From Candidatus Vampirococcus lugosii (GTDB lineage: Bacteria; Patescibacteriota; Gracilibacteria; Absconditabacterales; Absconditicoccaceae), in contig NZ_JAEDAM010000066.1 in the NCBI RefSeq assembly GCF_018420025.1, positions 1 to 5,576 of the forward strand: 5,576 bases of DNA. Direction: 5' to 3'. The position numbers were made by a program, and so were the translations under genes. Shown piece after piece: positions 1 to 5,576 of the stretch. The notes beneath the pieces are model-generated. The model had not been told where the DNA came from. It saw nothing but the letters and a program-made list of their open reading frames with translations, and did no database searches. How positions within the stretch are numbered: the stretch's first letter is position 1; every line of letters begins with the position of its first letter.

Positions 1-1
1 A

Positions 2-199
2 CCATGGTGTAAAGTTCCTAGACATAGTCTTCCAAGTTGTAAAGAACATAGACAAGAAGCTGTTGTTGATATAGATGTTGGTAATTGAACAATACATAGA
101 TATAATTTTATATGTGTTGAAAAAGACGACTTTAGAACAGGTGGAAAGTTTTTTGAATGGCAGAAAAGAAATTATCGTCCAGAAATAATTAATCAATAA
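2..199 (+). CDS. 3' end of an upstream gene (65 codons visible), product unknown; Cys/His-containing C-terminal segment
   Basis: Frame 2 is open from the window edge to TAA 197-199. It reads PWCKVPRHSLPSCKEHRQEAVVDIDVGNGTIHRYNFICVEKDDFRTGGKFFEWQKRNYRPEIINQ, with one in-frame TGA read as Gly. A hairpin plus T-run follows. I do not recognise the family by eye. Confidence 0.55.
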
Positions 200-238
200 T
201 ATTATCTATAGATAATAAAGAAATTTTGTTTTTATAAA

Positions 239-288
239 ATTGAGAGATTTAGTGATTTAAATTACTTTATTTCTCAATTTTTTGTTTA
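239..288 (+). terminator. Rho-independent terminator of the upstream gene
   Basis: The outer stem ATTGAGAGAT (239-248) pairs with ATTTCTCAAT (269-278), including one G.U pair. The inner stem AGTGAT (251-256) pairs with ATTACT (261-266) around a TTAA loop. TTTTTTGTTT follows immediately (279-288). It lies 40 nt after the TAA at 197-199. Confidence 0.6.
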
Positions 289-452
289 AAAATTATGAAA
301 ATATTCAAAATGTAAAATCTTTTTTAAATTTTCAGATAAATATGAAATACTTTATAATTATAATTCTATTAATAATTCTAATATGTAATATAAACTAGTG
401 TTGTTTGCAGTAGTTGAATATATATTACATAATTGAAAATTTTTCCGAAATA

Positions 453-491
453 GAAATCAACAAAATCACCTACAGAATCAACAAAATTCAC
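453..491. repeat. Two direct copies of AATCAACAAAAT(C/T)CAC at a 21-bp period
   Basis: AATCAACAAAAT occurs exactly at 455-466 and 476-487. The flanks are similar (AGAAATC.../AGAATC..., ...CAC/...TCAC). The repeat lies in non-coding sequence. Confidence 0.6.
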
Positions 492-604
492 TCTTTTCTC
501 TAATTTAGGTGCAGAAGATTAGGATAATTTTCTATTGATTTAATATTTTTGTTATATATAATAATTTTGATTTTATTTTAAATATATAAAAAAATACAAA
601 AATA

Positions 605-866
605 ATGTATACAGATATAAAATCTTTTTCTTTGAAAAAAGGTTTTTTTATTTTAAAAAAATTCTGTTACTCATATTTGATATGGGGCTTTTGCAGATAA
701 TGAAACAGAAAATTATTTTAAAAAACTAAACTCAAGATTCTCTAAATGAATAAATCAATTAAAAAATTATTACAAAAAAACAAACTTTAAATTAGATAAA
801 AAATTTGATTTTGAATTTGAAAATAAAATTGAAAAGAAAAAAATTAAAGTAAAATTAAACTTTTAA
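605..866 (+). pseudogene. Possible decayed or frameshifted small ORF (~87 codons if one A is removed from an A7 run)
   Basis: ATG 605 opens MYTDIKSFSLKKGFFILKK..., which stops at TAA 698-700. The +1 frame is open for 70 codons (657-866, TAA 864-866) but has no ATG/GTG/TTG. That is unexpectedly long for sequence this TAA-prone. The two frames overlap at an A7 run (655-661). No family recognised. Confidence 0.25.
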
Positions 867-1109
867 TTATACCTGTAATATTGTCTAATTTTTATATTTT
901 TTATATTAAAAATATTTAAAAAACAAGAAACATTTTAAATATTTATTTTGATATAGAAAAAGAAGGTTTTATTGAATTTTTGGAAAGTGAGGATTTTATA
1001 AATTATATAAAATAATAAAAAAATCAATTTGCTGATTATAGTGTTTAAAAAGAAGAAATACTTAAAGATTTTATGCAAAAATAATTTCTAATTTTTTGTT
1101 AACAAGTTT

Positions 1110-1159
1110 TTGATTGAAAAAATTTAAATTTTATTTATTATAATTTATAATTTATAATT
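1110..1159 (+). promoter_or_regulatory. Candidate hsdM/operon promoter
   Basis: TTGAAA (1114-1119) is followed by TATTAT (1136-1141, 16-nt spacer) and TATAAT (1139-1144, 19-nt spacer). The hsdM ATG lies 13-33 nt downstream. AT-rich background makes hexamer matches weak evidence. Confidence 0.35.
1139..1159. repeat. Perfect tandem heptamer (TATAATT)x3
   Basis: TATAATT occurs at 1139-1145, 1146-1152 and 1153-1159. That gives three consecutive perfect -10-like hexamers ending 13 nt before the hsdM start. Confidence 0.9.
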
Positions 1160-1171
1160 AAATTTTAAAAA

Positions 1172-2683
1172 ATGACAAAAGAACAACTTTCAAGTGCGGA
1201 GATAAAAAAAGCTTGTGATATACTTAGAAGAGATGATTGAGTATGATCCAAAAATTATATTACTGAAATATCATGGATATTATTTTTAAAACTTTTTGAG
1301 GAAATAGAAAATATCTTTGATGATATATCAGCAAGTAAGATGCAAGATTATCATTTTGTAATAGAAGAAAAATATCATTGGTCATCTTGGGCTCATGATA
1401 AAGAATATAGAAAAAATCCCGAAAAGATGCTTGATTTTGTAAGATGAAAACTTTTCCCTTATTTGAAATTGCTTTCTGGAGATTATGGAACAAAAATTGC
1501 TCAAATATTTAATACTTTGGTGCAACCAAAAATCTTGAGTTGATATAATTTGATAGATGTTGTAGATATTGTAGATAAGATAAATAAAAAAGATTTTGTT
1601 GATTCCCACTTGCTTTCTCATGCTTATGAAGAGATACTTGCCAAGATGTGAAATGAATGATGATGGGCTTGAGAATATTATACTCCAAGGTCAGTAATTA
1701 AATTTTTGATACATACTCTTGATCCTCAAGTTTGACAAAAGATAAAAGATCCATTTACTTGAAGTTGATGATTTTTGGTAGAATCGTTTGAATATCTAAA
1801 ACAAAAATCTAATTGGGATACTTTATCTACAAAAGAACAAAAAAAACTTGCTGATAATAGTTTGTTTTGACAAGAGAAAAAACAAGAATGATATATCTTG
1901 TGAATGATGAACTTGATAACTCATGGAGTGTTAAAACCAAATATAAACCTTGCAAATACTTTTGGTCAAGATCTAAATAATATAACTTGAGAATATGATG
2001 TAATATTGACAAATCCCCCATTTTGAGGGAAAGAAGCATCTCAAGTATATAAACATTATGAATATCCTACATCAGCTACAGAATGACTTGCTCTTCAATA
2101 TATCATGAAAACTTTGAAAAATGGCTGAAAAGCTTGAGTAGTACTTCCAGACGGACAGATACTTTTTGCAACGGGACTTTTTGCAGATATAAGACAGAAA
2201 CTTTTTGAAAAAAATAAGTTAAAATATATCATAAGTTTACCAGCTTGAGTGTTTGCACAGATGTGAACAGGAATCAAGACAGTTTGTATGATATTTGAAA
2301 AATGATGAAATACAAAAAATGTAGTTTATTATAACCTAAATTGAAAATATACTAAGAAAAAATTACTTCCTCTTGAAGATATGGAATCTATACTTGAAGA
2401 TATGAAACAAGTTGATATTTTTGATAAAAATCTTGATGAAAAAGATATAGATGCTTTTAATATCGCTTGAGAAGATACAAATCAAAATTTTGATAGGTGG
2501 GTAGTACCTTTGGAATACTTTGAAAATAATAATTATGACATATCACCAAAAAATCCTTTTGAAAAAAAAGATATAGTTTTGTCAGTAGATGAAAATCTAT
2601 CTTTGATAAATAAAGGAAATACTTGATTTACACAAGAGTTTGAAAATCTTAAAAAACTTTTAAAAGATAATGATTTGGTATAA
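1172..2683 (+). CDS. hsdM: Type I restriction-modification system, DNA methyltransferase subunit HsdM (N6-adenine, gamma class), 503 aa under code 25
   Basis: ATG 1172 to TAA 2681-2683, with 27 in-frame TGA and no TAA/TAG. With TGA=Gly the translation shows several HsdM hallmarks. The N-terminus is HsdM_N-like (CDILRRDDGVGSKNYITEISWILFLKLF). AGEYYTPR is at 1667-1690 and SAM motif I DPFTGSGGF at 1748-1774. LFGQE...MMNLITHG is present, and catalytic motif IV NPPFGG is at 2012-2029. The C-terminal NNYDISPKN is typical of HsdM. Confidence 0.95.
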
Positions 2684-2720
2684 AAAAATACTTGTATTTG
2701 GATGGATTATTTTAATGAAA

Positions 2721-2829
2721 TGTCTTATAAAAAAATAATTATGTCTCATAATAAATGCCTTTATTATAAGTTAAAATAGAATTTTTAATAAAAATAATGT
2801 CCTATAAATACTTGAAAAGTGTCTTATAA
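2721..2829 (+). promoter_or_regulatory. Four direct TGTCYYATAA boxes in two pairs; candidate operator/promoter module upstream of the HTH-Fic gene
   Basis: The boxes are TGTCTTATAA 2721-2730, TGTCTCATAA 2742-2751, TGTCCTATAA 2798-2807 and TGTCTTATAA 2820-2829. Spacing within each pair is 21 and 22 bp, and the pair-to-pair period is 77-78 bp. Each pair is followed by TTATTATA(A)GTT(T)AAAA(A)TA. The full 10-mer is not seen elsewhere in the window. Confidence 0.5.
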
Positions 2830-2867
2830 ATTATATACTTATTATAGTTTAAAAATAAATTAAAAAA

Positions 2868-3917
2868 ATGAGCTTAATAAAAGAAAGAAGAAATAAAATA
2901 TTAGAGTATATCAAAAATCATGAAAAAGTTCAAATTTCTGATTTATCACATTTGATAGAAGATTTTCAAGTAGATAAAAAAACGATACAAAGAGACTTAA
3001 ACAAACTTGTAGAAGAAAAACAAATTATTAAAAAATGAACTTTAAAATCAACTTTTTATGAATTTTCCCATACAAACAAACTTTTTGAAAACATAGATAC
3101 TCAAAAATATTTTGATATTGCTTATCAAGATAGAGATGTTATAGAAAGTTTTAATTTTGATATTTTTGACATTTTAAAAACTGATATTTTTAATCAAAAA
3201 GAAAATGAAAAACTAGAAAATTTACAAAATCAATTTATTAAAAATTTTTCACAATATGATAGTCAAACCTTGATAAATAAAGAGTTTGAAAGAGTAATGA
3301 TAGAATTTTCTTGGAAATCATCTGCTATCGAGTGAAATACTTATTCTTTACTTGCAACAGAAGCACTACTTAAAGAAAATATACCTGATAGTACAAAAAC
3401 TCCAGAAGAAACACAGATGATACTAAATCATAAAGATGCTTTCAATGAGGTTATACAAAACAAAACTGCTTTTTATGATCTAAAATATCAAGATATAGAA
3501 TATATTCATAGTGTTTTGATAAAAAATCTATGAGTAAAAACAAATATAAGAAAATCACCAGTTTGAATAACTTGAACAAAATATAAACCTTTAGATAATG
3601 AATTTCAAATAAAAGAAGCTTTAGAAAAAACAGCTGAACTTATAAATTATAAAGAATCATTTTTTGAAAAATCATTTTTAATTTTAATATTGCTTGCATA
3701 TATACAAGCTTTTGAAGATGGGAACAAAAGAACTTCAAGGATGCTTTCAAATGCAATACTGTTAGCTTATGATAGTATTTCTTTATCTTATAGAGCAGTT
3801 GATATTATAGAGTATAAAAAAGCTATAATACTATTTTATGAACAAAATAATATTTCATTGTTAAAAAAAATATTTATTGAACAGTTTGAAGATTCTGTAA
3901 AAAATTATTTTAATTAA
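2868..3917 (+). CDS. Fic/DOC-fold protein with N-terminal DeoR-type winged-HTH and a non-canonical Fic motif, 349 aa under code 25
   Basis: ATG 2868 to TAA 3915-3917, with 5 in-frame TGA. The N-terminus KILEYIKNHEKVQISDLSHLIEDFQVDKKTIQRDLNKLVEEKQIIKKG resembles a DeoR HTH (TIRRDL-type recognition helix). SSAIEG (3318-3335) matches the Fic inhibitory motif (S/T)xxxE(G/N). IRKSPVGITGTKYKPL matches the conserved Fic core strand region. QAFEDGNKRTSR (3705-3740) aligns to HxFx(D/E)GNGRxxR. The track ORF 3690-3917 is only the tail of this gene. Confidence 0.9.
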
Positions 3918-3933
3918 TATAAAACTTTAAAAA

Positions 3934-4491
3934 ATGGAACAAAATATATGAGATTTGATTAAAAATGTTGAGTGGAGGGAGGTTAGTATATGGAATATAT
4001 TTGAACTTAAAAAAACAAGTTTTTGAAGTAAATTAGAAAAATATATTTCAAATGAAAAACAAAAATGATATATACCATATTTATCAAGTTGATTAGCAAA
4101 TAATCAAATATCTTGATATGTAAAAAAAGAAAAATTGAAAAATGAACAAATTTATAATTGAGGATGTCTATCTTGGACAGCAAATGCTACAGGAATGATT
4201 TTTTATAGAAATGAAGAAGAATTTGCAATAAAATCAGATGCTTGAGTATTGAAATTTAAAGAAGAAATTAGAAATGGTGATAAAGATAAAAAAGAAGATA
4301 AAGAAAGTGAAGAAATTTTATGATTTACATTAAGTGAAATAAAAAAATATTTTAATTACAAATATATTTATTATTCATTGATATGAGAATTTGAAAAAAA
4401 ATGATTTGATTGGGACAATAAAGCAACAAATGAAAAAGTTAAAAAAATAAGTTTTTTAATCCCTTACAAAAAACTGAAAACCTGACATTAA
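3934..4491 (+). CDS. hsdS: Type I R-M specificity subunit HsdS, 5' portion (TRD1), terminated prematurely by a frameshift
   Basis: ATG 3934 lies 16 nt after the Fic stop. There are 185 codons with 10 TGA, ending at TAA 4489-4491. The N-terminal VEWREVSIWNIFELKK and the body (YIPYLSSGLANNQISGYV..., GGCLSWTANATG) fit an HsdS target-recognition domain. The frame breaks exactly where the conserved IPYKNG.PD...QQ.I segment begins. Confidence 0.85.
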
Positions 4492-5395
4492 TGCCCAACA
4501 AAAAATAGCAAATTTTATTGATAATTGTTTTGATAAACTTGATAATGCAGATAAATATTTGCAGTTGATTTTTCAAAGTGTAAATCAAAAAAGATGATGA
4601 TGAGATGTGATTGATAAGAATTTTTTGAATACAAATTTTGAAGATATATTGAAAAAACATGATGAAAAGATAGCAAAACTTGAAAAATTAGAAAAAGATA
4701 AACAAAAAAGAAATTTTAAAGATACAGTGATGAAGTGAAACTTGATTGATAATCTATGGAAAAGTATACTTGAAGGGGTTTTTGATGAAGCATATTTGAA
4801 AGAAAAGTTTAATTGAGTAGAGTGGGAGAAGAATAAAAGCATAGAAAATATTATAGATAATAAAAAAAGAAAAAAATATAAATTTGATGTAATTAAAGAA
4901 AATGAAATTTTAAATTCTTGAAAATATCCAGTTATTTCACAATGAGATGATTATATTAATTGATATTCTACAAATGAAGAAAAATTATTTAAATGAGAAT
5001 TTCCTTTATTAGCTTTTTGAGATCATACATTTAATATTAAATATATTGATTTTGAATTTATACCATCATGAGATTGATTAAAGAATTTGTATTTCATTAA
5101 AAATATAAACTATAAATATGTATATTATTTTATATATATGCAAAAATGAGAAATAGAATGATATCAAAGACATTTTAAAATATTGAAATCTTTAAAAATC
5201 CCAATTCCTTACAAAAACTGATACCCTGACACTGAAACTCAACAAGAAATAGTAGCTATACTTGAAAAAGCATTTATATATTATCAAAGGATGAAAAATA
5301 AAGCTGAAAGCAATCAAAAATATCTACAAAATATGAGAAAATGAATACTTACAAATATATTTGAAACTGCAAATTTACTTTCTAATCAAAAATAA
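4460..5395 (+). CDS. hsdS: HsdS, 3' portion in the +1 frame (central conserved helices, TRD2, C-terminal conserved helix)
   Basis: Frame 2 is open from 4460 (after TAA 4457-4459) to TAA 5393-5395, with 17 TGA. There is no ATG before 4730. It reads ...NGKPDINAQQKIANFIDNCFDKL..., then TRD2 (VEWEKNKSIENII...GKYPVISQGDDYINGYS...LLAFGDHT...), then IPIPYKNGYPDTETQQEIVAILEKAF...RKGILTNIFE. Removing one A from the A6 run at 4468-4473 joins it to 3934-4473 as a single ~486-aa HsdS. Confidence 0.85.
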
Positions 5396-5397
5396 AA

Positions 5398-5576
5398 ATG
5401 TATACAGAAGCTGACACAAAATCAAAACATATAGAGCCAAATCTTAAAAAATCTTGATGGGATGAATCAAACATCGCAAGAGAATATAAGATAACAGCTG
5501 ATAGTATGGTAGTAGTATGAGAAGAATACCACACCAAAAACACTGCCAAATTTGCTGATTATGTTTTGAAGATAAA
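5398..5576 (+). CDS. hsdR: Type I R-M restriction/helicase subunit HsdR, N-terminal fragment (continues beyond window)
   Basis: ATG 5398 lies 2 nt after the hsdS stop. MYTEADTKSKHIEPNLKKSGWDESNIAREYKITADSMVVVGEEYHTKNTAKFADYVLKI matches the HSDR_N pattern (tEAdTr..lIdP.L...GW ... rE..it.g ... aDYvL). It contains 2 in-frame TGA, one giving the conserved GW. Confidence 0.85.

Noticed and set aside
342-398. 18-codon hydrophobic ORF MKYFIIIILLIILICNIN
   Set aside because: ATT/ATA/TTA-rich sequence yields Ile/Leu strings by composition alone. There is no supporting start context or conservation evidence.
910-944. Perfect 12-bp inverted repeat AAATATTTAAAA ... TTTTAAATATTT with an 11-nt loop
   Set aside because: The stem is entirely A/T (weak), each arm is partly self-palindromic, and such matches are plausible by chance in ~85-90% AT sequence. 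No T-run or gene context supports a terminator or operator.
1260-2277. Minus-strand ORFs from the supplied track (1260-1493, 1382-1621, 1827-2039, 2095-2277)
   Set aside because: They are antisense to a full-length HsdM reading frame with all catalytic motifs. Their translations are low-complexity and Ile/Phe/Leu-rich. They exist only because the AT-rich antisense strand happens to lack stops.
2686-2699. AAATAC-TT-GTATTT palindrome right after the hsdM stop as a terminator
   Set aside because: It gives only a 5-6 bp A/U-dominated stem with a minimal loop and no convincing U-tract. That is too weak to call, and it is consistent with read-through into the downstream genes.
2721-2829. CRISPR-like array
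   Set aside because: The repeats are only 10 nt with irregular spacing (21/56/22 bp). There are no cas genes and no repeat of typical 24-40 nt length.
2702-2866. Mini-ORFs starting on the repeated boxes (ATGTCTTATAAA = MSYK...; e.g. 2702-2779, 25 codons; MSYKYLKSVL from 2797)
   Set aside because: They are very short, lie in different frames, and show no conserved peptide beyond the box itself. The repeat is better explained at the DNA level, though a leader-peptide role cannot be fully excluded.
3690-3917. Stand-alone 75-aa plus-strand ORF (track)
   Set aside because: It is not an independent gene. It is the C-terminal tail of the 349-aa HTH-Fic CDS (2868-3917) downstream of its last TGA codon. 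The apparent Met is a TTG (Leu) internal codon.
4465-4477. Programmed -1 ribosomal frameshift on the slippery-looking A AAA AAC heptamer in hsdS
   Set aside because: The downstream frame is reached by +1 (or -2), not -1. The -1 frame is not the continuing HsdS frame. I saw no obvious downstream stimulatory structure. A simple 1-nt insertion relative to the internal paralogous copy explains it better.
4439-4842. Minus-strand ORFs 4439-4660 and 4585-4842 from the track
   Set aside because: They are antisense to the hsdS central helical region. Their sequences are repetitive Phe/Ser/Ile-rich with no recognisable domain. The sense strand has a clear HsdS reading.
1-5576. Alternative reading with TGA = Trp (code 4, Mycoplasma/Spiroplasma-like)
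   Set aside because: TGA falls on invariant Gly positions, namely DPxxGxGGF, NPPFG, aGEYYTPR and the E(G/N) of the Fic inhibitory motif. Trp there would abolish SAM binding and catalytic motifs. Genuine Trp positions (e.g. SWILF, GW) use TGG.

Overview
Very AT-rich window. The genes are unreadable in the standard code, which is why the ORF track is fragmentary. They resolve cleanly when TGA is read as glycine (translation table 25, used by Absconditabacteria/SR1 and Gracilibacteria within CPR/Patescibacteria). Under that code the + strand carries four things in order. First, the 3' end of an unidentified gene (2-199) followed by an intrinsic terminator. Second, an unusually long (~880 bp) extremely AT-rich gap with decayed ORF fragments and short phased repeats. 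Third, a compact co-directional type I restriction-modification operon: hsdM (1172-2683), a wHTH/Fic-fold gene (2868-3917), hsdS (3934-5395) and hsdR (5398 to window end). The hsdS gene is broken by a 1-nt frameshift in an A6 run at the TRD1/central-helix boundary. Four points stand out. (i) The code-25 recoding itself: TGA is the majority Gly codon and sits on invariant catalytic-motif glycines. (ii) The R-M-embedded HTH-Fic protein has the Fic signature Q-x-F-x-D-G-N-K-R-x-x-R, with the catalytic His replaced by Gln and a Doc-like Lys, yet it keeps an SxxxEG inhibitory motif. (iii) A duplicated ~77-bp module with four TGTCYYATAA boxes lies directly upstream of that gene. (iv) hsdS has the frameshift plus a double-length central helical region containing three consecutive TGA codons. 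I recognised no rRNA, tRNA, CRISPR array or transposase. All translations and counts were done by hand; no database search was possible.
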